From: Paramoeba atlantica
Lineage: Eukaryota > Protista > Discosea
Assembly (NCBI GenBank): GCA_977017575.1
Contig: CDRNVI010000070.1
Coordinates: forward strand, 62,001-126,000
Direction: 5' to 3'
DNA: 64,000 nucleotides
The notes under the pieces: model-generated
Told to the model about the DNA's origin: nothing
The model's database searches: none
What the model saw: the letters and a program-made list of their open reading frames with translations, nothing else
Translations under genes and position numbers: made by a program
Part shown: piece by piece, positions 21,285-32,465 of the stretch
Layout of the letters: each line of letters begins with the position of its first letter
How positions within the stretch are numbered: the first letter of the stretch is position 1

Positions 21285-21805
21285 TGGCCATGTCGTATGG
21301 GGTGGTAAGCTGGGTGAATCGCACTTAAATATATGATAAAATATAGAACTAGTTTTGAACCAAATAAGTGATTTGTTTTGATAATTTTGAACCTTATGAC
21401 CATGTGTGCACTATTGAGGTACCTCCTTATGGATAGAATTCTCTGTTGTAGGATCATTCACATCGGAGCCGTACATTAACAGACTTCAAACAGGATTTTT
21501 CTTTGACAAGTTGATGTGCTATTTATCTTAAGTCTTAAGATAAAGACTCATATTTTGAAATGAAAGTTAACGATATAACGGGAAAGAAGAATTTTTCATG
21601 CATAAAGTGGCACTCAGTCGTGCATGAATGATTAATGTACACCTATTAGTACTATTAATGAGTACATTGATTGCGTATCCCATTGTTCTGTTCTTGTGTA
21701 CGAATCAATAGTTTAATTTTTTGATCTTGGGTTGTCAATGTACTAATGACTTTAGAGTGATGTAGATGAATGTAAGAAGTTTTGATTTTTAACTTTATTG
21801 TTACA

Positions 21806-22834
21806 ATGGAACAAGTCGCAACTGTTGTCTTAGCTCTGAGGAACTCTGGAGAAAGTGATTCGATTAAGTCCACTGAGCTCCCTTGTTTTCAGCCACTCGG
21901 CCAAGAAAGCACGTTGCATCTCCTGTTGCGTGAGATTCATCGTGCGCGTGCCGCAACTCCAATCAATATTGTATGTCATTTTCAAGATAAGGAGAGAATG
22001 GAAGCCCACCTAGAAAATATTGACTTTCTTCATGGTGAAGCTACAAACCGAATTCCGTGTCTTGTACGTGGCGTTGATAACTCGTGTACAAGCTCGACAA
22101 GCGCGCTGGGTAGTATTGTGGATAATCTGAGCCACTACATAATGATTATTGATGCTTGTGCGTGGGTATCTGCCACCGAACTTGGAAAACTTTGTAAATC
22201 TTTTTTCCTGTACGATACTGCCGCTGTGCTCACCTTTTTTCACAAAATATCACCATCGGATGCAGTCCAAAGCTCTTGCTTAGATTCGAAGGGTAGGAAG
22301 GCTCTTTCATTGAAACGGACGACACCTACTGTTTGTTTCGAGCGTGAAATCACTGAGTTTTCGTTTCCACAAACTCAACGAGTTTGTTTTATGTGCCACG
22401 ACGCAATCGATTTTCTAACTTTGCATGAAAATTGTATATCGCAATTACGCAACGCAACATTTACCAATAAATTGCATCATCTCCCATGTGCGGTTATACG
22501 GCGGAACGTTATTATGGACATGCAGAGTACTCTTGCGTCGGAGGAGATTTTTCCTGACTTTTGGACGGACTTTTTACCTTGTTTAATTCAAAAAGAGTGG
22601 CAATCTGACAAGCAATCTTCTCAACGGTTTTCGTGGTATTCCGATAGTGTGAATTCCAAAGATCATAATTACAGTGTCAATCTATTGAATGAAATTCATT
22701 CTTTAGACGAATTGGAAACGTTGAATAAATGTACCAATCTCAATCGAAGTTCAAATGGGATATGCATCGGCTGCATTTTATCGCACGATTCTTGTTCTTT
22801 TAGTGATTCCTTAGCCGCGTGTGAACAGACTTGA
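21806..22834 (+). CDS. Probable translation initiation factor eIF2B gamma subunit-like protein (NTP-transferase-like domain)
   Basis: N-terminal QVATVVLA...LPCFQPLG..LHLLL, STSALGSIV..YIMIIDA and DFWTDFLPCLIQKEW resemble the eIF2B-gamma layout, but it is divergent; first ATG 21806. Confidence 0.5.
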   Translation: MEQVATVVLALRNSGESDSIKSTELPCFQPLGQESTLHLLLREIHRARAATPINIVCHFQDKERMEAHLENIDFLHGEATNRIPCLVRGVDNSCTSSTSALGSIVDNLSHYIMIIDACAWVSATELGKLCKSFFLYDTAAVLTFFHKISPSDAVQSSCLDSKGRKALSLKRTTPTVCFEREITEFSFPQTQRVCFMCHDAIDFLTLHENCISQLRNATFTNKLHHLPCAVIRRNVIMDMQSTLASEEIFPDFWTDFLPCLIQKEWQSDKQSSQRFSWYSDSVNSKDHNYSVNLLNEIHSLDELETLNKCTNLNRSSNGICIGCILSHDSCSFSDSLAACEQT

Positions 22835-23063
22835 GAATAATTGACCGAAGTGCACTGCGATGTAATGATTCTAAAACCATTTTCACATTGGCTTATTGGA
22901 AGATTACGTATCATGAACTTACTATATCAACACGATCTACAAGTGCAAGATATATCATGTGACCACAAGATTCGACGTTTAATTTGTTTAGAACATTTTT
23001 TTGATTTAGTGACAGTCACGATTGTTTATTACTTTTTCTATTCGAATTGCGCTTGATATTTTC

Positions 23064-26000
23064 ATGATGGAAGTCATTCATTCCTTGGATGAGGAGGAAC
23101 GTGTTGGGTGGTTGATAAACATGACAGCAAATACCACCGTGGATAGCGAATCAAAGGTCTCGCTTGCAACCCTTCAATTATTCTTTCTCGATAAGAGCAA
23201 CGGATCAGTGTTTGAAACAAAATTGCCGTACGCACCATATTTTTTTGTGATAACTAAGGATGGATTTGAGAGAGAGGTAGAAGTGGGCTTGAGATCTCAC
23301 TTTTCAGACATGATTGTTAGCATCGAATGGGTAGAAAAGGAAGATTTAGAAATGCCGAACCATCTTAGCGGGAAACAACGCACACTACTTAAGATTTTAT
23401 TCCGGAACGTGAATGATTTGACGACTGTCAAGTCTAGAATAGTGTCTGCAATAAAAGTTAATGCAAGTACAGACAAATTCATAACCGAATTTAGGGATCA
23501 AGAGTTTGACTATTCGGGTAACGGCCGAGGCTATTTCGAGTCTCAGACGAAATCTTCCTACACAGAAAAGATTGTAGAACTCCGTGAATATGATGTGAAG
23601 TACGCCATGCGTTGTTCTATCGATATGGATGTCTTTGTCGGCTCGTGGTATACTGTGAGTGCCTTTCACGGAACCACCACACTGCGTCGAGCTGCAATTG
23701 ACCACGTTTCTCCACCACTTCGCGTTCTAACATTCGACATTGAAACCACGAAAGCCCCTCTCAAGTTTCCCCAACCCTCAAGCGATCAAGTCTTTATGAT
23801 CTCCGTGAGCTTAGATGGAAGGGGAATGCTGCTCGTAAATCGTGATGTTGTTGCGTCCGACATTGCAGATTTTGAATACATACCGAAAATAAGTGATTCG
23901 TCCAGAACTATACCAGTAGCCGTTTCGAACCACAAAGATGAGAAGTCACTGCTCATTTCTTTTTTTGATTTAGTGAAGAATTTTTCACCTCATGTCGTGG
24001 TTACCTACAATGGCGATAATTTTGACTTTCCTTTTCTACAAGCGAGAGCTGAAGCGAATGACCTAGTGCTTCGTGATTCGATTGGGTTTTATCAGAGCAC
24101 TGATGGCGCCTTTCTTCATGAAAACGGCCTGGCAAGTCATCTGGATTGCCTCTATTGGGTCAAACGTGACTCCTATTTACCGCAAGGCAGTCATGGATTA
24201 AAAGCAGTGACGAGGGCCAAGCTGGGCTACAACCCCGTGGAGGTTGATCCTGAAGAAATGGTACCCCTGGCACGTGGGCCTCAATGCCAGCGCATGGCAT
24301 CCTACGCGGTCAGTGATGTGGTGTCCACGTACGATTTATTCGCAAAGTATATTCAACCTTTCGTGTTTTCACTTTGCACCATAATTCCGCTTCGCCCAGA
24401 CGAAGTTCTGAGAAAAGGCAGTGGCACCCTTTGTGAAAGCTTGTTGTGCATTCAGGCATACAGGAAAAATGTAGTGTACCCAAATAAACGCTTGGATGAA
24501 CATGAAAAATTCCACAAGGGTCAGCTGATCGATACAGAAACGTACATTGGTGGACATGTCGAGGCCCTTGAGGCGGGAGTTTACAGGTACGACCTTCCCC
24601 TACGTTTTCGCTGCACCTCGTCTGCTTATCAAGATATTCTTTCTGATTTAGACCAGTGTTTACGATTTGCTTTAGAAACGGAACACGATACGAAAATAGA
24701 TGATGTTATTAATTTTGAAAAAATCAAAGAGGAAGTTTCATTAGCTTTAACGAGTTTAAGAGACAAGCCAGAACGGACGGAGAAACCTTTAATCCTACAT
24801 TTAGATGTGGGTGCTATGTATCCCAATATAATATTGACCAACCGTTTGCAACCTTCAAGCATGGTGAACGATGATATTTGCGCATCGTGCTGTTTTAATC
24901 GCGAAGAAAACCAATGCAAACGCCCCATGGAATGGATATGGAAAGGCGATTTATTTACCGCCTCTCGTGGAGAGTACAACCAAATACGCTCTCAACTGGA
25001 ACGGGAGAGCTTCGAGGTAAGACATGTTGAAAAAGCCATAGAAGACATGGTAGCAAACGCCTCTAAGAAGAAGGCAGCAGCAGCATTTTCAAGAGGTTCA
25101 TCAGGTTCCTCTAGCATGTGGGGGACGAAACCGGCAATATGGGAACGAAACGCATTTAAGACTACATCTCGCTCTTCAAATAATTATAACCGTTTCAATA
25201 GGGGTGGAAGCAGGCCGAATTATGCTCCTGGTCAGAAAGCGGAGAGACCGACTGTCAATGAAGAATTCCGGAGATTGAAATCGCAAGCTCACGCGATCAA
25301 GCGAACGAAGCGTTCCGGGAGAAACTCAGATGATTCCGATGGTTCGGATCTTACAGAAAATGATGGCAACGATTCACAAAATGATGAAGCATTATCGAAG
25401 CCGTTTCACTCCTTATCGGACGCTGTTCAAGTCAGTATGATTAAGAAACGCGTCACAGAGTACTGTAAACGTGCTCATAGAAAATTACATGAATCTAAGG
25501 AGGAACGTAAAAATAGTGTGGTCTGTCAACGTGAAAACTCTTTTTATGTTGACACAGTGCGGCTTTTCAGAGATCGGCGCTACGTTTATAAGGCTGAAAC
25601 AAAGAAATGGAAGTCAAAATTGTCTCAGGCTTTGGAATCTAGTGATTCGACGAATATCAAAGAATGCCAAGGCCGAATAATACAGTTTGAATCCTTGCAA
25701 TTGGCCCACAAGTGTATTTTAAATTCCTTTTATGGCTACGTAATGCGGAAAGGAAGTCGCTGGTATTCCATGGAAATGGCAGGTGTCGTAACGTACTTAG
25801 GAGCCACGCTTATTCAAATGGCACGAGAACTTGTGCAACAGCTCGGGATTCCACTTGAACTTGATACAGACGGGATTTGGTGCTGCTTACCGTCCAGTTT
25901 TCCGGAAAACCTGACTTTCGTCACGAAAACAGGGAAGCAAATAGTTGTCAATTATCCTTGTGTGCTCTTGAATAAGGAAGTCAACGATCGATACACGAAC

Positions 26001-29000
26001 AGTCAATACCAAGACATGGTTTCTCCAGGTGCTTACGCTATTCGTTCCGAGTGCTCAATTTTCTTTGAAGTCGACGGTCCCCATCAAGCAATGATTCTTC
26101 CTGCGAGTCAAGTGGAGGGAGGATGTATCAAGAAAAGATATGCTGTATTTTATCCCGATGGAACCCTTGGTGAACTCAAAGGATTTGAAATTAAGCGACG
26201 CGGTGAACTGAAGATGTTGAAAGATTTTCAAGACAAAGTCTTTTATCAATTTATGCTTGGGAGCACATTAATAGAAAGCTATTCAGCAGCTGCTTCAGTT
26301 GCCAATAAAACTCTTGATGTACTATTTAACAAAGGAGTTGGCGTTGATGATGACGAAATCCTTGATATGCTTGTGGAAAGCCGGAACATGTCTCGTCGGC
26401 TTTGTGATTACCCAGCAGATCAGAAGTCTTTAGCTCTTACCACTGCCCGGAGGATTGCCGATTTTCTTGGTCCCCAAATGGTGCAAGATAAAGGTTTGAC
26501 TTGTTCTTTTGTCATTTCGAGATACCCTGAAGGTAAGCCAGTTACGCAACGTGCCATACCCATTTCGATTTTCAACGCTTCTGATGACGTTCGTGTATTA
26601 TTTCTTTCGAAATGGGTAGGTGGAGACCGGGCAACAGATCTTCGACATTTTTTGGACTGGGAATACTACATTACTCGCTTTAGTTCATGCGTCCAAAAAA
26701 TTATCACAATTCCAGCTGCAATGCAGGGCATTAAGAATCCAGTGCCGAGAGTAAAACATCCCGATTGGCTTGCATCTAAGGTAAGAGAAAAGTATTCCCC
26801 TTTTGTTCAAACAACTCTACTGCAAAATTTTACTAGGGCACAAGTTGGCATACCTAAACAGTGTGCCATTGAAACTGAGATTACAACGAAAGTCAACATG
26901 TTTCTTCCGGAGTCAGAGCACATAATTTTACCGAGGAATGTACAAAGCCGTTACTTGATGGCGAAAACATTAGGCGAAATTCCTTTAGATGATAACTTCT
27001 TTATCGCTCCAAGTTATTTGCAATGGATTCGAGGTGCACAGCGCATTTGGAGAACTCTCATTAGAAACCGATCCGCTTTATCTGCATTGGAGTTTCGTCA
27101 AGTTAGCACAATTACTGCTCCGAGAGAGGGAAAAAATGTTGGAGAAGGAGCTCTACACACTCTAGCAGAACGATCTAAGCGACGCGTTTTGAGCTCATGT
27201 TGGCACGTTCTGCGTGCTTTTAAGAAACCTAATTATCCTTCTTCGGAGGAAGCATATTTAACGTGCCTTGTTGACCAAACGGAGATGTACACGTTTCCTA
27301 TTCGTGTTCCCCGTGTATTTCTTGTAAATAGTAAGACCCCGCTTTCTGACTTGGACAGTAACCTTTGCCGACTTGTTACAGAAAAGAACATTGTCTTGCC
27401 CAGAAATGCTCAACTTCATCACCTCTACGAGCTCACAGTTCCTTCCCACATGGACACAGATGTATTATTGCGTCAACTTTATTGTTGCTCCGACGACGTC
27501 TGTGGTGTTTACGAATCGAATGTCGACATTGTTACCAAAGCACTTCTGAAATTTGGTAACTGTGTGCGTGTTTTGCCGGAAGCCCGGGCTAAAAGAGAAG
27601 ACTTGTCGATAGGAGAAGTTTTGCATCACGGATTCAGTATCACCGAGTTAGAAGGAGTACAGGAAACCAATGCGCGCTCGAACTACGTTCTACGCGAGCT
27701 TACCGAGCCTGACAGAAATCAGAGCGATAATCTTAATAGCAAAAGTTTTGAGCATAAATTCTTGCCGTGGACTCCAGTATTACGCATGGTTCATATGTAT
27801 CATCTACGATTAACGGATTCAACAAATAACATCGAAACCGATATTACTCTTTTGACCCATATTTCCAAACGATCGTCGTATATTTTCGCATGTATTGAGG
27901 GAAAACCGGAACTCAGTAAGCACCATAAAGAAGTTTTGAATTTGCTATACGCAGAATTACGAGATAATACTGCACAATTTCTAAACTCCATTAGAACTGC
28001 ATCAACTGAACGAACGCCGAAAGAAGCATTTGCATCTTGGCTGTCGCCGAATTCACTTCTTTTGGAAGGATTTACTAAGAGAGATTCTTTTTGGAGCTAC
28101 GTGGATGACTTGTGCGCAGATTTTTTCAGTGAAGCTCCGACAATGATGCTCATTCAAAGCAACGTTTCTAAACAACCATGGGACAATGTAACAGAGACAA
28201 TAACAGAGTCGAATCCTCAGTTCAGCTACGGGACTTTGCAGACAAAGCTCCCAGTTTTCCCCATCCCGTATAACAACACAGATGAATGCTTGATATCTTT
28301 AGACTGCCTTGGAGAATTTCTTACAGATGAGCGTTTGAGTACTATGAAACATGCCGATAAAGCTCTTATCCGGGGAGACATTGTCGACAATCTTAAAATA
28401 GCATTTGAACGTATTGTAGCACGGGCAATCGAAAGATTGTTTCTAATTCCTCCATTTTTAATAGATCACGTTCACCAGGCAAGCTACAGCAACCTGCCGA
28501 TCTGCAGCCTGGGAAGTGACAGCGTTTCTGTGATGTGGGATACACTCTACGCCCGCGAGCTGATGCGCAAATCACATGTTTTGTGGCTTTCCAAAACCGG
28601 ATGCCCCGATCTTGGAAAATCTGCAACCGACATTTCTTCGAAACATTCAATGGATGATTGGGAGGGTGCAGGGTCTATGAGAGAAGTAGTTGTACCAGGG
28701 TTTTACTATACCTGGAGTGCGGAACTTCGTATTTTCCATTTCGAAGTGTCCTCTTTATTGTTGTCGCAAGAAGTTTTTGAAGAGCAAGACGCAATGGGTG
28801 AGTGGTTGCAAGATGCCGGTTTGCTGACCCATTTTCATGTATTGCGCGATATAGTTGGCAAAGTTTATGGGCATGCTGTGAAAGGGAATAACCCTGAATC
28901 CATTGAAGCAACCAAATCGTCGCCATATTTTTCAGTGAAAACTGGGAAGCGTGCCCAGGAAGTTAATCTTCAGGGCAAGAAGCATGTAGACGACGTTTTA

Positions 29001-30440
29001 CTTTCAAATGGTGATACACCGGAAGTTCTACTGTTACATTTCAGTCGTTGGCTTAGGAGCAAGTCTTCCACCCTTTTTGATCCTTTGCTCGCACGCTTCA
29101 TTAACAACATTACTAACCGTGCGCTTGCTTCTGTTCTTCTCCGAATGCGTCAGCTCGGCACACGCATCATTCATGGAAAGCGGGACCGAATCATTTTTTG
29201 CACTCCGAAGATGTCTTTTGCAGATGGAGAAAAGTATGTTGATTATGTTGTACGGGCGGTGGGCGAAGTCCCAATTTTTCAGCACGCGCGGATTAGTCTT
29301 GAAGCGATGTGGTCTCCATTTTTTCTTCTGGATCCTTATAACTTTATTGGGAGAAGAGTGCAGTGTACGGAAAATTCATTTGCTATCGCATTCGATGAAC
29401 AAGGTGACCCGAAAACTAATACGATAGAATTTCACTGGGAGATGGCAGATTCCTTATTATCCTTTGATACTCACCAGCATCGCATGTTTGCTACTCACAT
29501 GATGCAATTTGTATTGCACGCTTCAAAGTACAAACATGAAGCTATTGCAGAGCTTCGTGAAGCAGAGAAAGCGTTTTCCGAAGGAGATACTACAAATGCG
29601 ACTGCGGTTACGTTAGACACACGCTACAAGGTAATCGAGAACCAAATGCTATCAAAACTCAGCCAATACATTCACCGTGGTATGGAGCCTCGTTTTCTTA
29701 GGCAATTACATACACTTCGCTATGCTGGAGCTCACGGCGTTGATATATTTTGCCGACTGTTTTGTTACACGCTTGGCTTTGTGGATGGAATCTCCGATTC
29801 GGTGGAAGAAATGCACCAAAATGCATGCAAGCTAGTGGAAATTAGTCCCTTTGAAAGTCCCGAGGTGATTTCAAAACTTCGTAAGCAATATCCAAGGGAA
29901 GCCACAATTTTGAAAGATTACATGTGCCCATACTGTTTTGAAGTCAAAGATTTGAATATTCTTTACCCTGAGAGAAGTTCAGTCGAGAATCACACAAACG
30001 CTTTTCTTACACAGCAAGGAAATTTGACATCCTCTCTGGAAACGTTGACCCCAATGACTCAGGAAATTTCTAATACTTTGACTCAAGAGACCATGATGAA
30101 ATCCCAGTTTGAAAATAGCATCGAAAGTACTATCCGAAAACGACTTTGCTGCACATATTGTGGCAATATTTATGATGAAAAAGCAATTGAAGAATGCCTT
30201 ATATCCTCAATTCTTGATATCGTGAAGCGATACTACTCGCAAGATCTGAAATGTGCCAAATGCAATATGTGTATGGAAACTCTGTTGATACGTCGATGCT
30301 CTTGTGGTGGACATTTTATCAACACCATTTCGAAATCTTCTTTATTAAGCCATATACAAGCATTGGAGATAATCGCGAAACAACGAACCTTGACGCTTCT
30401 TCAAGAATATACTTCAAATGTCCGCAGAATGATTAAATGA
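23064..30440 (+). CDS. POLE: DNA polymerase epsilon catalytic subunit A
   Basis: REYDVKY; exonuclease motifs FDIETTK and TYNGDNFDFPF; polymerase motifs LHLDVGAMYPNIILTN, KCILNSFYGY and ELDTDGIW; ELKGFEIKRRGEL; C-terminal Cys clusters; first ATG 23064. Confidence 0.98.
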   Translation: MMEVIHSLDEEERVGWLINMTANTTVDSESKVSLATLQLFFLDKSNGSVFETKLPYAPYFFVITKDGFEREVEVGLRSHFSDMIVSIEWVEKEDLEMPNHLSGKQRTLLKILFRNVNDLTTVKSRIVSAIKVNASTDKFITEFRDQEFDYSGNGRGYFESQTKSSYTEKIVELREYDVKYAMRCSIDMDVFVGSWYTVSAFHGTTTLRRAAIDHVSPPLRVLTFDIETTKAPLKFPQPSSDQVFMISVSLDGRGMLLVNRDVVASDIADFEYIPKISDSSRTIPVAVSNHKDEKSLLISFFDLVKNFSPHVVVTYNGDNFDFPFLQARAEANDLVLRDSIGFYQSTDGAFLHENGLASHLDCLYWVKRDSYLPQGSHGLKAVTRAKLGYNPVEVDPEEMVPLARGPQCQRMASYAVSDVVSTYDLFAKYIQPFVFSLCTIIPLRPDEVLRKGSGTLCESLLCIQAYRKNVVYPNKRLDEHEKFHKGQLIDTETYIGGHVEALEAGVYRYDLPLRFRCTSSAYQDILSDLDQCLRFALETEHDTKIDDVINFEKIKEEVSLALTSLRDKPERTEKPLILHLDVGAMYPNIILTNRLQPSSMVNDDICASCCFNREENQCKRPMEWIWKGDLFTASRGEYNQIRSQLERESFEVRHVEKAIEDMVANASKKKAAAAFSRGSSGSSSMWGTKPAIWERNAFKTTSRSSNNYNRFNRGGSRPNYAPGQKAERPTVNEEFRRLKSQAHAIKRTKRSGRNSDDSDGSDLTENDGNDSQNDEALSKPFHSLSDAVQVSMIKKRVTEYCKRAHRKLHESKEERKNSVVCQRENSFYVDTVRLFRDRRYVYKAETKKWKSKLSQALESSDSTNIKECQGRIIQFESLQLAHKCILNSFYGYVMRKGSRWYSMEMAGVVTYLGATLIQMARELVQQLGIPLELDTDGIWCCLPSSFPENLTFVTKTGKQIVVNYPCVLLNKEVNDRYTNSQYQDMVSPGAYAIRSECSIFFEVDGPHQAMILPASQVEGGCIKKRYAVFYPDGTLGELKGFEIKRRGELKMLKDFQDKVFYQFMLGSTLIESYSAAASVANKTLDVLFNKGVGVDDDEILDMLVESRNMSRRLCDYPADQKSLALTTARRIADFLGPQMVQDKGLTCSFVISRYPEGKPVTQRAIPISIFNASDDVRVLFLSKWVGGDRATDLRHFLDWEYYITRFSSCVQKIITIPAAMQGIKNPVPRVKHPDWLASKVREKYSPFVQTTLLQNFTRAQVGIPKQCAIETEITTKVNMFLPESEHIILPRNVQSRYLMAKTLGEIPLDDNFFIAPSYLQWIRGAQRIWRTLIRNRSALSALEFRQVSTITAPREGKNVGEGALHTLAERSKRRVLSSCWHVLRAFKKPNYPSSEEAYLTCLVDQTEMYTFPIRVPRVFLVNSKTPLSDLDSNLCRLVTEKNIVLPRNAQLHHLYELTVPSHMDTDVLLRQLYCCSDDVCGVYESNVDIVTKALLKFGNCVRVLPEARAKREDLSIGEVLHHGFSITELEGVQETNARSNYVLRELTEPDRNQSDNLNSKSFEHKFLPWTPVLRMVHMYHLRLTDSTNNIETDITLLTHISKRSSYIFACIEGKPELSKHHKEVLNLLYAELRDNTAQFLNSIRTASTERTPKEAFASWLSPNSLLLEGFTKRDSFWSYVDDLCADFFSEAPTMMLIQSNVSKQPWDNVTETITESNPQFSYGTLQTKLPVFPIPYNNTDECLISLDCLGEFLTDERLSTMKHADKALIRGDIVDNLKIAFERIVARAIERLFLIPPFLIDHVHQASYSNLPICSLGSDSVSVMWDTLYARELMRKSHVLWLSKTGCPDLGKSATDISSKHSMDDWEGAGSMREVVVPGFYYTWSAELRIFHFEVSSLLLSQEVFEEQDAMGEWLQDAGLLTHFHVLRDIVGKVYGHAVKGNNPESIEATKSSPYFSVKTGKRAQEVNLQGKKHVDDVLLSNGDTPEVLLLHFSRWLRSKSSTLFDPLLARFINNITNRALASVLLRMRQLGTRIIHGKRDRIIFCTPKMSFADGEKYVDYVVRAVGEVPIFQHARISLEAMWSPFFLLDPYNFIGRRVQCTENSFAIAFDEQGDPKTNTIEFHWEMADSLLSFDTHQHRMFATHMMQFVLHASKYKHEAIAELREAEKAFSEGDTTNATAVTLDTRYKVIENQMLSKLSQYIHRGMEPRFLRQLHTLRYAGAHGVDIFCRLFCYTLGFVDGISDSVEEMHQNACKLVEISPFESPEVISKLRKQYPREATILKDYMCPYCFEVKDLNILYPERSSVENHTNAFLTQQGNLTSSLETLTPMTQEISNTLTQETMMKSQFENSIESTIRKRLCCTYCGNIYDEKAIEECLISSILDIVKRYYSQDLKCAKCNMCMETLLIRRCSCGGHFINTISKSSLLSHIQALEIIAKQRTLTLLQEYTSNVRRMIK

Positions 30441-30615
30441 TAAAAAATGGACTTGTCAAATTACAAAGAGAAGGCTGTACTCTTCGATCGCTAGCCTGGA
30501 GGATGAACCTAGTACCCCATTGTATAGCATGGGGGATGAGTCTAAATTGTACTTGTACATAGAAAATGAATGTCATTCTTTCTTACCAGACACTGAAAAA
30601 AATAATACTTTAAGG

Positions 30616-30649
30616 TTCTTTTGGTTCGCTTTTCTTTTCTACTTTTCAG
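30616..30649 (+). promoter_or_regulatory. Polypyrimidine tract plus AG, candidate trans-splice acceptor for the LRR gene
   Basis: ttcttttggttcgcttttcttttctacttttcAG ends 3 nt before the ATG at 30653. Confidence 0.6.
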
Positions 30650-30652
30650 TGG

Positions 30653-31510
30653 ATGATATCTCTTTCATCAGTAACCGTATCGCTCAGAGATGAACGTCGC
30701 AGCGGCTCACGCCAGGGAAAAGTACGTGGCGCAGGATTGCCACCCGAACTTGAAATGGTCCGTCTCGTTGAGAATGTACTGAATCCTGATTCTTCGTGGA
30801 AAGCAGAGAAGGCTTTGGTGAAATGGTACGGCGTTGGTTGTGATAAAAATGGACATCCAACTAGTTTGAGTTGGGGAAATATGCTGTTTCGCGGCCAGCT
30901 TTCATGGAAATTTCTTCCCTCCACTCTTAATTCCATAAGCGTCGTAAGCAACGCCTTAGAGGGTGAACTCCCAACTGAGTGCTTTCCGGTATCGCTGCGC
31001 GATTTTTATGTTTATCGTAATCGTCTTGATGGGGAAATAAATTTGAAGAATTTGCCACTGCATTTACAGGATTTATATTTGAATCATAATCAATTTACAG
31101 GGGAACTAAATCTCACTTGCCTTCCTGCTGGACTACATAACCTATATCTCAATCATAATAGATTCAGTGGAGAAGTGTCCCTTCGTTCGCTGCCCCTGTC
31201 GCTGTCAAAACTTGCGTTGCACAACAACCTCCTTTCTGGACAGGTTAGCCTCTTGCAACTTCCTCCCGACCTAGAAGGATTGTTTTTAAACTCAAATCGA
31301 TTCACCGGGACTTTGTCTCTTAGAAATCTTCCTGCACGCCTACGCGATTTGTATCTTCATCAGAACCAGTTTTATGGTAAGGTCGACGTTACCGAACTTC
31401 CGTTAGCTATGGCGCGGTTGGATTTGAGCGAAAATGCCTTGGAAGGCTTGGAACACGTCCAAGGTGCTGTCGTTATCGTAGGTAAGCAGAATAGTCTTTC
31501 GACGGAATGA
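30653..31510 (+). CDS. Leucine-rich repeat protein
   Basis: N-cap W.GV.CD..G and about 6-7 repeats of LPxxLxxLYLNHNxFxGxLxL. Confidence 0.9.
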   Translation: MISLSSVTVSLRDERRSGSRQGKVRGAGLPPELEMVRLVENVLNPDSSWKAEKALVKWYGVGCDKNGHPTSLSWGNMLFRGQLSWKFLPSTLNSISVVSNALEGELPTECFPVSLRDFYVYRNRLDGEINLKNLPLHLQDLYLNHNQFTGELNLTCLPAGLHNLYLNHNRFSGEVSLRSLPLSLSKLALHNNLLSGQVSLLQLPPDLEGLFLNSNRFTGTLSLRNLPARLRDLYLHQNQFYGKVDVTELPLAMARLDLSENALEGLEHVQGAVVIVGKQNSLSTE

Positions 31511-31999
31511 TGCACGCACGTTTTTCTTTTAGAAAACTGAGGTAAAGCACATAAAAATAAGGATTAATTAAACCGGGACGTATAAATATTCTAATTACAG
31601 ACCACAACATTACAATTACAGACCATTAGTAACCTAATTGGACGCTTATCCTAATTTTGTTTATGTATTTTTTTTTTAAATGTCCATTGAAGTGATACAA
31701 TTTTTGGAGCGATGAATTATGGAGGTTTGCAGGAGCCATGTGATCTGATTCTAAACCTGATGATTCTAAACCTAGGAAAAAAATTGGGAATAAGTAGAAA
31801 GAGCAAAACAAGGGCTTCTCTTGGTGCGTATACATCACAAACCTGTCAATATAGGTTTGGGTAAATCCACTGCTTGGAATTTCGGAGCTGTTTTTTATTG
31901 GGCTCGAAAAGGTTCGGATATCGAGATGACTGAGCGGGATGGTCCTTGATCGTTTTTTCAAGTTATTCTTTTTTGTCAGGAGTCATTCAAGGATATTTT

Positions 32000-32417
32000 C
32001 CTTCCTAGCCGTGATGATGAAAAACTTCGAGATTATGAACAGTCAGGGCACAAGAAAAGCTGTACTAGAATAGAGCGTCAGAGAGCTTCGTTCAGTTCTT
32101 AAATGCAAGCCATCGGCCACTGCAAGCACGCCCGAACACATGTTCAATGCGGGATCGAAAGTGTCCCAAAGACTCCTTATACGTCATTTTATGATGTGCA
32201 TTGTCCACATGGTTCCATCTTGCCATTCGGTGACAAAGTTCGGCCATATTTTTGTTTTGTCGAAAGGAATAATGAACTTTTGGGGAAAATCATAGAAATC
32301 CCCATTCGCAAGAGTTTGAATTTGGTAATAATCATGAAGTCTACAATCTTGGATAGCACTATCGGGCGACGCTCTCTGATACAAAGATTCGCCATAGTGG
32401 CACAGATATTTGATCAA
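32000..32417 (-). pseudogene. Heavily decayed Harbinger/IS5-like (DDE_Tnp_4) transposase remnant
   Basis: My translation of the minus strand shows ordered fragments in different frames: RLHD..TLANGDFY..FIIPFDK, then YKESLGHFRSRIEHVFGR (RSRIEHVFGR at 32157-32128), then CALTVHNLE (about 32035). These match the HD / AD.GY / R..IE..FG / LHN motifs of this family. Confidence 0.5.
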
Positions 32418-32465
32418 TGTACACGGGCATCTAGATAATAAAAAAAACTTGCTAGTTTCTTTATA

